Origin: Histomonas meleagridis 2922-C6/04-290x
Lineage: Eukaryota > Protista > Parabasalia
Length of the DNA: 64,000 bases
Assembly: GCA_020184695.1 (NCBI GenBank)
Contig: JAANOX010000004.1
Span: 186,001 to 250,000 of the forward strand
Direction: 5' to 3'
In this document: positions 1 through 11,400 of the stretch, in pieces
Layout of the letters: each line of letters begins with the position of its first letter
Position numbering within the stretch: the first letter of the stretch is position 1
Position numbers and translations under genes: made by a program
Notes under the pieces: model-generated
Database searches by the model: none
Told to the model about the DNA's origin: nothing
What the model saw: the letters and a program-made list of their open reading frames with translations, nothing else

Positions 1-684
1 GCGCCTAATCACGAAGCTGATTATGTACATCGGTTAGGCAGAACTGGTAGAGCTGGTAACAAAGGATATGCGTATACATTTATTGAGAAATCTGAGAAAT
101 TAAATGCAATTGAAATTGCATCAGCTATGAAAAGAAGTAAAGCTGAAATACCTAAAGAATTAGAAGCGCTGATTAAGTCATCGCAAAATGGTAATAACTC
201 GATAAGTGGCGCACCTAAAAGAAAACTTGGATTCGGTGGCCACGGATTCAGATTTGACAAAAACGAAACTATGACATTCAAAGAGCAGAGGAAGCAGCAA
301 ATTGACAACGATGACGAAATTGACGATGACGACGATGAAGGTGGTGATGACTTTGATGAGATGGAAGAAAACATCTTAAAGAAGAAAGACGGGAAATTCG
401 TTGCTGAGTTTTGTATTAATGACTTCTCAGTGTCGATTCGACAAGCATTGACCAAAAAAGAAACAATTGAAAATGTAATGGACGAAACAGGAACAACTAT
501 AATACAAAGAGGAATGTTTTGTCAGCCTGGCTCGAAGCCACCAACGGGTGAAAGAAAATTATATTTGTTGATTGAGGGTATGACACAATTTGCAGTCCAA
601 GCTGCTCTACAACAGTTGAAAGATGTCGCTGAAGGAACAGACGCATCACGAAAAGCTCCTAATATGAAATATAAAATAAATTGA
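1..684 (+). CDS. DDX46: DEAD-box RNA helicase Prp5/DDX46, C-terminal part (5' end outside window)
   Basis: Frame +1 from base 1 reads APNHEADYVHRLGRTGRAGNKG (motif VI), in frame with ORF 127-684, whose tail INDFSVSIRQALTKKET...QRGMFCQPGSKPPTGERKLYLLIEG matches the Prp5 C-terminal KH-like domain. Confidence 0.85.
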   Translation, partial: APNHEADYVHRLGRTGRAGNKGYAYTFIEKSEKLNAIEIASAMKRSKAEIPKELEALIKSSQNGNNSISGAPKRKLGFGGHGFRFDKNETMTFKEQRKQQIDNDDEIDDDDDEGGDDFDEMEENILKKKDGKFVAEFCINDFSVSIRQALTKKETIENVMDETGTTIIQRGMFCQPGSKPPTGERKLYLLIEGMTQFAVQAALQQLKDVAEGTDASRKAPNMKYKIN

Positions 685-830
685 TTTGAATAAAATGTAC
701 GGATTTATAAACCTTTTTGCAAAATTAAAATAAGTGAAACAGTGAGAAACAGTTTGGCCCTCCAAAAATTTGTGCTTAAGAACATTTTTACAAGGAAAAT
801 TCTTGTTTCTTCTTTATAAAGAATTGTTTT

Positions 831-839
831 TCATATCAC
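831..839 (+). promoter_or_regulatory. Trichomonad-type initiator (Inr)-like motif
   Basis: TCATATCAC directly before ATG 840. Similar TCA(T/C)T motifs precede ATGs at 3989, 60074, 61966 and, on the minus strand, 45914. Confidence 0.55.
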
Positions 840-1388
840 ATGTCGTCCGCAATGAGTTTGTTTCTTAGGTTTTTAGGCTTGAAGCACAATCCATCAAAGA
901 ATTATCCTGTGCCATTCATAACCACTATGATAGGAATGTCTGATGGAAGCTATGCAGGGGAAACCTTTGAAACAAATTCAATTCCACCTATTTGGAAAGA
1001 TCAAGTATTCTCGATCCAAAAACCCGACCCTACAGCTTCTCTTCAAATTTTAATAAAAAGCTCAAGCATACTTATGTCGAAGGAAATTATTGGAAGATGT
1101 GAAATCAGAATAGAATCATTTCCTGTAGACCAACTTGTGCTGGAATGGGTTCCAATTATTCCAGTCCGTGAAGGAATACCAAAAATGTTTATTTTATTGA
1201 TGGCACATTTCGTAAATGAAATTCCTCCATTCAAAGCACAACCTGGCGCCCTTTGTACACAAACAGAAACAATACCATTTGATCCAAAGGACAATTTTTA
1301 TTTGCCTGATGAAATGGTCCCAAAAGATCTAAATTCAGAACAACAAAATGGGAGTGTTTTGAGCGAAATTCTCGAAAAACTTTCATGA
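840..1388 (+). CDS. C2 domain protein
   Basis: 182 aa ORF with C2-like pattern (ETNSIPPIWKDQVFSI...LQILIKS...KEIIGRCEIRI...VLEWVPI). Confidence 0.65.
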   Translation: MSSAMSLFLRFLGLKHNPSKNYPVPFITTMIGMSDGSYAGETFETNSIPPIWKDQVFSIQKPDPTASLQILIKSSSILMSKEIIGRCEIRIESFPVDQLVLEWVPIIPVREGIPKMFILLMAHFVNEIPPFKAQPGALCTQTETIPFDPKDNFYLPDEMVPKDLNSEQQNGSVLSEILEKLS

Positions 1389-1755
1389 GAGTTTTGAGTA
1401 TTTACATTTTACATTTTTTAGATTATAATGTACTAAATATTTATAAAATTCGTTAATAAAATTATTAATAGACTTTTCATATTTCAATTTTTTCGTTGTC
1501 TTTATGTGTTAAGCAATAGCACTCTGATTTAGCTATGATCTGTAAATATTCTAGCTGATTTTCATTTTTCTGAAAATTCTGGTCATATATGATTACTCTA
1601 AGATATCTTAAATGGAAACCATAAACCCAATTTATTATATCCTAAAATCTCGCCAAAAACAGAGAGTGAACGTTTGTTTCGCTGATTGTTTTAGTTTCGC
1701 TTTGATAAAAAAAAGCGTTTAAATTAACGTGCTTCTATAAACGTTTTCCAGTTGA

Positions 1756-2139
1756 ATGAGTAAAGAAGCATCTCATTCATTTGATGATAATTCATATGAA
1801 GAAAAAGATACAGATAGCGAAACACAAAAACAAGAAACAGGATTTATATCAAAAAGATCAAGGCAAAAAGAAAATTCTCAAGAAAAACCATATTTTCCAA
1901 ATTCAGAAAGTCTTGAGCAAATAGATGGAAGAAAAAATAAAAATAGGCCAATTATGAAAATTCATGGAGTAAGTTATGATGCTAATGGGAATTTATTATT
2001 TGCTGTGACACGTGCCAAAAGTAAATCATTTCAATATATCACGCACAAAAAAATGAAAGAAGAATATCCCATGTTTCTTATTGGTTTTTATCAACGCTGC
2101 GCTCGAATTTCGATGGAAAAAGATCAAAATAAAAAATAA
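1756..2139 (+). CDS. Chromo shadow-like domain protein
   Basis: Charged low-complexity N-terminus, then IHGVSYDANGNLLFAV...KMKEEYPMFLIGFYQR resembling the chromo shadow domain. Confidence 0.5.
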   Translation: MSKEASHSFDDNSYEEKDTDSETQKQETGFISKRSRQKENSQEKPYFPNSESLEQIDGRKNKNRPIMKIHGVSYDANGNLLFAVTRAKSKSFQYITHKKMKEEYPMFLIGFYQRCARISMEKDQNKK

Positions 2140-2250
2140 AAATAAAAATTAAAAAATCTTTTTCATTTTTAAACGGCTTCTCCAGCCAAGTATAAACGGT
2201 TTATATTCAATCATTTTTCAGATGCTTTTGATCGTTATTTGGATGTCTAA

Positions 2251-3030
2251 ATGCATCTTTCTGATATTTTAAGCAGTAAAAATGATATGGTTAATATATT
2301 TAAACGCGACATCATCTTCACCAAGCGGATTTTCACAATTGATGATGATTTCAAATTATTAGATAAAAATTATCATGATTCATTTTTAAAAGAGTTTGAA
2401 TATGATTTCTTTAACCATGCAATCGGGTCTGAATGTGATTACCGTTTTTTCATTCGGTTAATTTTATACGATGTGTTTTCGAACTTTTTCCGTCACAAAA
2501 GGAAGATATCATCTGTTACTTAAAAGGAAATAACAATGAAAGAATAAGTTTTTGCTTAGATTTAGAAAAACGAAAATTAAACAATACTGAAGAAATATTT
2601 TCATTTCTTCAACATGATGATGTTGATTGTTTAATTTTATACTTAGAAAAAAATTCAACAGTTGACATTCATAAAAAACAAAATTTAATATACGGAACTT
2701 TTTATCATTTTTTATTATCTAGAAGACAAATTTCATTTTTTTTTTTTTGGTTCAATATAATGTTTTAAATATTTGATTTCAAACAATTGCCAAGTAACAA
2801 AAGAAACATGTCAATTGGCAATTGTTTGAAATTATTTCTCTTTTGCAACAAAAAATTATACATTTGAGGAATGCTTAGAAACAAGTATTAAATATCATAG
2901 ATATGAACTTACTGATTGGATTTTATCTAATTATGAATGTGATTTGCCTCTTCTTTATCATTGTATAGAAGGGTATCATTTACGAATATTATTATTATTT
3001 TGTTTTTGAGATATTTCCATTTTGAATGCA
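2251..3030 (+). pseudogene. Degraded DUF3447-family gene
   Basis: Fragments across frames with stops: FLQHDDVDCL, FFGSI*CFKYLI, ECLETSIKYHRYELTDWILSNY, typical of trichomonad DUF3447 proteins. Confidence 0.55.
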
Positions 3031-3345
3031 GCTTAATTCTTTTGACATTAAATTAACGTTAATCTACAGAAAAAAATCTATCGTCCAGTAGCAACGGTTA
3101 TATTTACGATAGGTAAATTGGAATATTTTGCAAATGCAATTCGATTTTTTCAGTGGTATTTGATCTTATAATATTTCGACATATTCACTTTTTGAATGAT
3201 TACTTTTTCAGAAAGTCTAACAGAATAAATCATTGAATATATGTCAGGAATTTCGGGAAACGGTTTTGACAAAAATTTCTGACATAAATTGAACAGGATT
3301 TGCCATATTCGATATTTTGATAGGAATGAATTTGATTCAGTTCAC

Positions 3346-3918
3346 ATGGAAAGAAGCAACTTAAGAGTAAGAGCGTTTAATGGTTTATCAGAGCATTGGA
3401 GAAAAGTTCTTAAACCAGAAATAAAAAAGGGATCATGGACAAAAGATGATGATGATAAATTAAGAAATCATGTTCATGAAAACGGGGAAAAAAATTGGTG
3501 CGTGATTGGGAGCATTTTAGGTCGGACAGGAAAACAGTGCCGTGAAAGATGGGTTTCATGCCTTCAACCGAATATAAAAAGCTATCCATGGACACTGGAA
3601 GAAGATGAACTACTAATGAAACTCGTTAGAGAAATGGGTAGAAAATGGGTCCAAATCGGAAAGTTTTTCCCTCATCGTTCTGTTAACGATATTAAAAATC
3701 GATGGTACTCAAATTTGAAGAAGAAAAACGAAAAGGAACTAGACACTAATTTAAGTATGTTTGATATTTCAGGTATAGTTGTTGAATTGGACTCTGCGAC
3801 GAAATACGTTACCGAGTTTTCTTGTTCAGATTTTGATCAATCCAATGAAGACTTTTGCTCTACAAGTGATCAAGTTCTCTTCCTTGGCTCTCCAGATGAA
3901 GATTTCGAACATCCATGA
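3346..3918 (+). CDS. Myb-like (R2R3) DNA-binding protein
   Basis: Two Myb repeats, KGSWTKDDDDKL...RTGKQCRERW and WTLEEDELL...RSVNDIKNRW; in-frame ATG at 3346. Confidence 0.9.
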   Translation: MERSNLRVRAFNGLSEHWRKVLKPEIKKGSWTKDDDDKLRNHVHENGEKNWCVIGSILGRTGKQCRERWVSCLQPNIKSYPWTLEEDELLMKLVREMGRKWVQIGKFFPHRSVNDIKNRWYSNLKKKNEKELDTNLSMFDISGIVVELDSATKYVTEFSCSDFDQSNEDFCSTSDQVLFLGSPDEDFEHP

Positions 3919-3988
3919 AAATTCACCTTTTCTTGCTTTTGGGTAAATTTGATTTGACTATGTCTGTTTGATCATTTATCACAATTTT

Positions 3989-4504
3989 ATGTCGAGCGAA
4001 AACGAATTTTCATTAAATACAGATGCCTATCAAATGACAAATTCTGTTACTGTTGTTATTTACATACGAAACCACGAAGTTTCAAACTTGGTTTTACATC
4101 CAGAAGAAAAGTCTTTAACAATTGAATTAGATGTAGATGGAAAAAAACAAATTAAAGCATGGGCATTCTTTGACAAAGTTTTACCAGATTCTGCTAAAGT
4201 TGATCAAGGAAGAATTAAAATTGAAATAACATTAACAAAAGAAAAACCACAACAATGGAAAAATGCATTAGCAGATGAACAAGTAACAAAGCCATTATAC
4301 GAAAGGTGGAAGACTGTAAAGTTTGAAGAAGAAGAAGAAAAAGGTGAAGGATTTGAACATTTTATTCAAAAGATGTATAAAGATGCTTCAGATGACACAA
4401 AACGCGCACTCATGAAGAGCTACATTGAATCTAAGGGTACTGTTTTATCTGGTGATTGGAATGATGTTGGAAGTCGATATGTTGAACCAGTTCCACCAAA
4501 ATAA
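3989..4504 (+). CDS. SGT1: SGT1 co-chaperone (CS + SGS domains)
   Basis: YQMTNSVTVVIY (CS start) and FIQKMYKDASDDTKRALMKSYIESKGTVLSGDWNDVG (SGS). Confidence 0.88.
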   Translation: MSSENEFSLNTDAYQMTNSVTVVIYIRNHEVSNLVLHPEEKSLTIELDVDGKKQIKAWAFFDKVLPDSAKVDQGRIKIEITLTKEKPQQWKNALADEQVTKPLYERWKTVKFEEEEEKGEGFEHFIQKMYKDASDDTKRALMKSYIESKGTVLSGDWNDVGSRYVEPVPPK

Positions 4505-4511
4505 ACAATTT

Positions 4512-5783
4512 TCAATTTTTCTCCAGGAACGAATGAATTTTTTGTGTTTTCTCGAAAACTATTTGTGGATCAATCTCATGTTTGAACTTTTCATATCTTT
4601 CTTTAAATTCTTCAGAACAAACAGGGAAAACCGTTAAAAGTTTTGGTGTGATAACGATCAAAACCGCTATAATAAACGGTCTGAAAAAATCAATTTTATT
4701 TTCGTATGACATTGCTTGATTCCAGAGATTAAATGTATCTTCTGGTGATAAAAACAAGTCAACAAACCAATTGCTACAATCGTCTATCAAAAAATCAAGC
4801 TCATTAGAGTTTTTATCATAAAGCATATCTTTTAGTTCAGGGAAGGATTTAGCAATTGTTTGGTAAATTTCCGAAAGCATTGATTTAGTTGATGAAAGCT
4901 TTGAAGTTGAATTTTGGGTAAAATTTGCTTTTTCATAAAAACGAGAATATACTTCAAAAACATCAGTTTCGCATTTTTCAACATCGAAATCTTGGCCATG
5001 CTGTTGTATGTATGCATAAAGCAAAGGGAAAAGGTAATCAATTTGGCCTTCTGTATAAAATGCACCATCCCAGTTGTAAATAGAATAAGTCAAAAGCACA
5101 TTAAATGCAATCTTCTGAATTTTTTTTTGATCTTTAAATTGGTTAAAATTTAGTTTACTACTTCTGTGGACAATGTCAGATTCAATTATTTTTATAAGTG
5201 AAATAAGTGGGGTATTCTGCTTAAGCTCAGTGGGGGTCATTGTTTTCCATTGAAGTTTTAAAGCAGAATATGGTTTTCCTTCATCAGGAATAGACATATC
5301 AAATTTATTCTTGAATGAATCAAACGATAACAGACATGTTGGAGGACTATATGGTATAGCAGAGAGATCATTTTCAATTTTATCCAATGATATTTGTTTT
5401 GCATTTCTAAATATAGATTTATGTGAGCCTGGTTTGTGAATTGGGATAAGAGTAAATAAAGAAAGTTCTCTATCTTTCCTAACAAATTCAACATTTTGGT
5501 TAATAATTTCTAAGAATTTTAAAAAATTATGTTGATCTTGAAACGAAAATGTTAATTTTGTCTTCAATCCATTGCCTTCAAAGGAAATATTTACTGGGTT
5601 TTGTTCATCAAAATGAATTTTTTGGAAATCAAGTAATCTAAATTCATTTGAATTTGAAAAATTTTTTGTTCCACTTTTTCCTGTAATAGAATATTTAAGG
5701 AATAAATTTCCATCTTTCTTTATGAATTTTAGTGTGCCTTCTGTTTTTTCATTTGAAGAAAACAGAGTCACATTGAAGCTCAT
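4512..5783 (-). CDS. Rab-GAP/TBC domain-like protein (divergent)
   Basis: 423 aa ORF; IIESDIVHR...VLLTYSIYNWDGAFYTEGQIDYLFPL resembles degenerate TBC motifs. Confidence 0.55.
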   Translation of the reverse strand: MSFNVTLFSSNEKTEGTLKFIKKDGNLFLKYSITGKSGTKNFSNSNEFRLLDFQKIHFDEQNPVNISFEGNGLKTKLTFSFQDQHNFLKFLEIINQNVEFVRKDRELSLFTLIPIHKPGSHKSIFRNAKQISLDKIENDLSAIPYSPPTCLLSFDSFKNKFDMSIPDEGKPYSALKLQWKTMTPTELKQNTPLISLIKIIESDIVHRSSKLNFNQFKDQKKIQKIAFNVLLTYSIYNWDGAFYTEGQIDYLFPLLYAYIQQHGQDFDVEKCETDVFEVYSRFYEKANFTQNSTSKLSSTKSMLSEIYQTIAKSFPELKDMLYDKNSNELDFLIDDCSNWFVDLFLSPEDTFNLWNQAMSYENKIDFFRPFIIAVLIVITPKLLTVFPVCSEEFKERYEKFKHEIDPQIVFEKTQKIHSFLEKN

Positions 5784-6170
5784 CGTTTTCTGTTGAAGAC
5801 GTTTATTAATCTTTTTTTATTGTTACAAACGTTTTCCTGAAAAGTGCTTATTACGAGAAACCAAACAAACTCATTTAAAAAGTGGTTTTTATTTATTTCT
5901 GAATTTTTATGCCCTATTCTGGGCTTAAGATCACGTCCTTTCTGGGCTTAACTCAGCGCCTTATTTCCTATTCTATCTAAAAACAAGAAAAATTGATGGG
6001 TTAGGTTACTTTAAAGTCAAAAAAATTTCAAATTGAGAACATAAAATAAAACCGCCGCGGTTTTCGTTGAAAAATTGAAATCGATCAACTCAATTTCCTA
6101 ACAACATTTATTGTTTTTTGATGGAATAAAAATTCTTTTTTTTTAAGACCTTATTCAATTCATAATATCC

Positions 6171-7958
6171 GTGAATAAAATAATCTTCATAGTTTCAATA
6201 TTACAAATATTAGGAATAACTTTTTTCCTTCAAGGTTTTCTATATCTCAGCCATGAATGTAATATTCATAATGAAGAAATTCCGGTTTTCCAAAATTCTC
6301 CCAAATTTAAAAGATTAATTTTCGTAATTGTAGATGGTTTAAGGTATGATTATGCTGCTAAGTATCTTCATAGAACACTTAAATTTTCTAATCATTCATT
6401 ATTCTATCATACCTATTCAGATCCACCAACATCTACTTTACAAAGAGTTAAAAGCATTTTTACAGGGACACTTCCAGTCTTTATTGAAATTGGTAATAAT
6501 CTAGATGCAGCATTTAAAGTTACAAAAGATAGTATTATAAAACCTTTTTCCAAAATAGGAAACATTAGTGCAATCGGTGATCATATATCGGTTGCGCTTT
6601 TTGGTGATTATATTAGAAATAAATATACAGTTATATCATATGAAGTTCATGACTTTGATAGTACTGATGAAAATGTATATCAAAATCTTCCTAATGTTTT
6701 AGCACTTAATGATTCTATATTAATAATTGCTCATTTACTTGGTGTTGATCATATGGGACATTCATTAGGATTTACTAAATCAAATGAAATTAAAAAAAGA
6801 GTTGATGAATATGATATTTTCTTTCATGATAAAATTTTAAAAAAGTTAAATGAAGATGATTTATTAATCATTATAAGTGATCATGGAATGACTGATGCAG
6901 GTAATCATGGTGGTTCAACATATGGTGAGACATCATCTTTTCTATTTGGATATTCTCCTCTAGTTCAATTTAATCAAACTTCAAATAAAACTATAAATCA
7001 AGTAGACATTTGTCCAACAATTTCTCTACTTTTTGGATTGCCAATTCCAATCACAAATGTAGGAAGTGTAATAGAAGATTTTTTCCCATATGAATTTCAA
7101 TTAGCAAAAGAATATAATCATAATCAATTTAAAAAATTATTAGAATATGATAAAATAAAATTAGATAATATTGAAGATATACATAATTATTATCAAACTC
7201 ATTATGCAAGTATTGATATAAAAAAAATGTCACTTGGTGCTGGATTAATTTTTTTATCTCTCTTTTTCCTACCATTTCCAACATCAATTTTTCCGATTTT
7301 TCATTCATTATCTCTATTTAGTGATTCATATATTTATGCAGAGAATTTAGTTGTACAATTTTTTTCAGGAATAATATCTTTATCTTTTTTACCAAGAATA
7401 ATTGGATTATTTGGCATTCCACGGGAAGATGCAGCATATTATCTATGGATGCCTAATTTACATATGGAATCTAGATTCAATTATGGATTAATAAAAATAA
7501 TTGGTGATCAATATTTACTTCCCTTTATTATATATATTTGGATGATTATTCGAACAAAAGGAACAAGTGAATTGATTTATTATTTTTCATTATGTGGATT
7601 CTTTGCAACAGGACATCATTGTACTATTTCATCATTAAATTTAGATGCTGCATATGCTTTTGGAAAATATTTCCAAGTTCTTTCACCTATTTTAGTGTTT
7701 TTAAACACTTTTATGTGTGAAATAATAGGAAACATATTTGTAGATGATTATATGAAATTAATTACATATAGATCAATTGACTTAGCATGCTTAATTTCAT
7801 TTATATTATTTAATCCATATCATTTATCTTTATGGAGTGCATTTGCACCTCGTTTAATTTTCCAATGTTGTTTTAATGTCATTTCTTTAGTTTTTGGAAT
7901 GATTCATTCATTAATCAGGGAAAGCAAAACCAAAAGAAAATTCTATGAATATATTTAA
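6171..7958 (+). CDS. PIGO: GPI ethanolamine phosphate transferase, PIG-O/Gpi13 family
   Basis: VIVDGLRYD, SDPPTSTLQRVKSIFTGTLPVFIE, HLLGVDHMGH, SDHGMTDAGNHGG, C-terminal HLSLWSAFAPRLIF and TM segments; ORF opens with GTG. Confidence 0.82.
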   Translation: MNKIIFIVSILQILGITFFLQGFLYLSHECNIHNEEIPVFQNSPKFKRLIFVIVDGLRYDYAAKYLHRTLKFSNHSLFYHTYSDPPTSTLQRVKSIFTGTLPVFIEIGNNLDAAFKVTKDSIIKPFSKIGNISAIGDHISVALFGDYIRNKYTVISYEVHDFDSTDENVYQNLPNVLALNDSILIIAHLLGVDHMGHSLGFTKSNEIKKRVDEYDIFFHDKILKKLNEDDLLIIISDHGMTDAGNHGGSTYGETSSFLFGYSPLVQFNQTSNKTINQVDICPTISLLFGLPIPITNVGSVIEDFFPYEFQLAKEYNHNQFKKLLEYDKIKLDNIEDIHNYYQTHYASIDIKKMSLGAGLIFLSLFFLPFPTSIFPIFHSLSLFSDSYIYAENLVVQFFSGIISLSFLPRIIGLFGIPREDAAYYLWMPNLHMESRFNYGLIKIIGDQYLLPFIIYIWMIIRTKGTSELIYYFSLCGFFATGHHCTISSLNLDAAYAFGKYFQVLSPILVFLNTFMCEIIGNIFVDDYMKLITYRSIDLACLISFILFNPYHLSLWSAFAPRLIFQCCFNVISLVFGMIHSLIRESKTKRKFYEYI

Positions 7959-8439
7959 AATTTTCTCCCTTTCTACATTTAATAAAAACCTATTAAATAT
8001 ATAAATCTTTAATATAAAATTTATTCATGTCATTCACTTATTTATTTGCCGTAATAAAAATATTTGTATAAAAATCAGCAAGATTTAATGATCAAATAAG
8101 TAACCAGAAAATTATGTCAACTCCTCAAAAAAATCGAAATTTGAAACCTAAAATTAATAAAATATTAATAAAATTTTTACATCATGATATTAGTATTGTG
8201 AAGATTTATGGTGATACTTTTTGTTTTTGATTGCTAGCATAAAAAATGTTATATTTGTTGGATGTATTGAATAAAATAAATAACAGTCATTTAATAAATA
8301 CAATATTTGGTAAAATATTTTAAAATACATTTGCTTACAGTTATTTCTTGTTCCTTTAAATTATCCGAAGTGAATTATCAAAAAACTTCAAACCATATTC
8401 GAATCTTATTTATTAAAACTTTTTTTATTATTATTTCAT

Positions 8440-11400
8440 TTATCTCAAATTGAATTGATCGATAAGATTCCTCGCCAAGGGGTGCCCCATTTCCATTGCC
8501 TTATTCAACAATTCTTCTGCCTTTTTCATATCCTTTTCAGTTCCCAACCCCATAATCAAACAATAAGCGTAACTATACAAAGCGTTTGGTTCGTTTTCCT
8601 TTGCCGCGGATTTAAAGTATTGCACAGCAGTTCTTTCAGGGTTATCGAATATTGCTCCTCTTTTATTCAAAGCCATTGTTCCACATAAAGTTATTGCGTT
8701 AATGTTACCATTATTTGCAGCATTTCGTGCGTATGTATAAGCTTCATCATCATCAACATCGTCATTACTATCTAAGAATTTATAATATGCGTAAATATAC
8801 ATTGCTTCATAACAATTTTCTTTTGCTGATTCTTTTAATAACTTCATTGCCTTCTCTTTATTTTGTTGTACTTTATCATTATTTAATAATAAAATCGCTA
8901 AATTATATTTCGCTAATACATGTCCATTATTTGCAGCATTTTCTAACATTGTTTGTGCTTCTGCTTCATTATGACTATTTTCATTATTCGATGTCATTAA
9001 TAATATACCACAATTAAACATGGCTTCGACAATTCCTGATTCTGCTGCATGTCTTAAATATGTTAATGCTAAGTTTTGATCCTTAAAGACGCCTTTACCT
9101 TCTGCTAATGCTAATCCATAATTACATGCAGCATTCATGTCATCATTTGCAGCTTTTTCGAAGTATTTAACTGCTTCTTTATATGTACTTTCATCTTTCA
9201 TTAAGATAACACCGGCACAATTCATGGATTTAATATGTCCCATTTCTGCAGCTTTCTTATAATACTTTAATGCTTCTGTTTCATTCTTTTCATGATTTAA
9301 TAATTCGGCATATTCAAATAATGCTTCACATTCATCAAAATCAACTGCCTTTAATAACCATTTTCGTCCTTTATCAATGTCCTTAGTACAACCAATACCA
9401 AACATTAACATATGTGAATATTTGGACATTGATTTAGAATGTCCTTTCTTAGCAGAAAACTTAAAGTTCTTAAATGCTTTCTCTAAATTCTTATCAGTAC
9501 CATTCCCAACTTCTTGTAATAAAGCCTTTTGATAATGTGCTTCAACATTATTATATTGAGCTGATTCTTTAAAGTATTTAAATGCTTCTTCATAATTTTG
9601 TGCTACTCCATTACCATTTAAATATAACATACCTAACCCTAACATACCATTAGAATCATTATTATTTGCTGATTTCTCATAATATTCAAATGCGTTTTGG
9701 ATGTCTTGTGGTACACCTAAACCTTTTTCATATAAACGTCCTAAATAATATAATGATTGAATATCCCCTAAATCAATAGCACATCGATAAAAACTTGCGG
9801 CTTCTTCATAATTAACACTTGTTCCTTTACCTTCTTCTAACATACGTGCATAATGAAACATCCCTTCAATATTACGCATAAAAGCTGCTTTCTTAAATAA
9901 TGTAAATGCTTCATAATATTTCCCTTCTTTAAGATAATTCTTTCCTCCTTCTACACATGCATTAGAATCTCCAAATTCTGCTGCTTTTAATAACCATTTT
10001 TGGATTTCTTCTTCTTCGCCATTATTTTCACGTAATATTTTGATCAAATCTAACATCGCGGGTACAAATTCTTGTTCAGAAGCTTTCCGTAATAATTTTA
10101 ATGCTCCTGAAATATTCCCTTCTTTAGCATAAATCATTCCTAATCGATGTTGTGCTAATGCTACATCTAATTTAGCTGATTCTTCTAAACATTCTAATGA
10201 ACGTTTCGAATCAGCTGTTAACCCACGTCCTTCTTCTAATATTAATGATAAATAATATAATGCTAATGGATGTTTCTTTTCTGCTGCTTCTTGGATTAAT
10301 TCTGCTGCTTGTGTATCATCTTCACCAAATTCTAACATTAAAAATCCATATTGGAATTTGGACTCAATTAACCCTGATTGTGATGCTTGTCTAAAGTAAT
10401 TTAATGCTTCCATCTTATTATTAAGAATAGTTTGATCATCATATCCAAGTTTCTCTAATAATAATAAACCTAATGCTTCCATAGCTTCTGGTAATTTCTT
10501 ATTCGCTGCTTCTTTTAAGTATCGAATAACTTCATTACGATTTTGTGGATATTGTGGTGAATCCTTTAAGATCATTGCTAAATAATACATAGCTAAGATA
10601 TCTTTCTTAGATGCCTTAATTAAGTTCTTTAAAGCTAAATCTTTGTTTTTCTCTGTACCAATTCCATATAATTGACATACGCCTACAAATCGAACACATT
10701 TTAAATACCCTGAAGTTTCTGCTGATTCATTTGCGATTCTAAATGCTTCTTCTGGATCTTTCTTACATCCAATACCTCTAAGTAACATATTACATAACAA
10801 TAATATCGATGGTTTATGTGCTTTTTTGGCACATTTCTGTATAAGTTCAAAAGCTTTTTCTTCATTCTTTTCACATCCATCACCTCGTAATATCATTTTA
10901 GCTAAATGGAATCGTGATTCTTTATCATCATCTTTATAAGCTTGTTCTAAATATTCATAAGCTTTTGTAAAATCTCGTTGTACTTCATAACCTCTTTTAT
11001 ACATTATCCCTAAAATTCGTTTTGCTTTAGCATGACCTTTTTCTGCAGATAACTTTGCATATTCATAAGCTTTTCCATATTGTTTCTTAGCGAAATGTTG
11101 ATTAGCTAAATAATATAATGCTGAAGCATTACCTCTTTTAGCTGCTTCTTTCATTTTATCATAACCTCCTTCATCTCCTTCTTTAATTAATATTTTAGCA
11201 TACGTTTTCATTGCTGGTGGATATTTCTCGACATCTGCCTTTTGAAGATATTGTTTAGCTTGATTATGATCTTTAATATCTGCTCGATCTTTAAGTATTA
11301 AATATGCTAATTTAGTCTCCGATAATACATGCCCTAATTTAGCTGCTTTCTTAAAGTAACTACATGCTTCATAATCTTTCCCATTCTTTAATTCCATTAA

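Noticed and set aside
5917-5951. 12-bp direct repeat TTCTGGGCTTAA x2 in a divergent intergenic region
   Set aside because: Could be promoter sites, but only two copies and no further support
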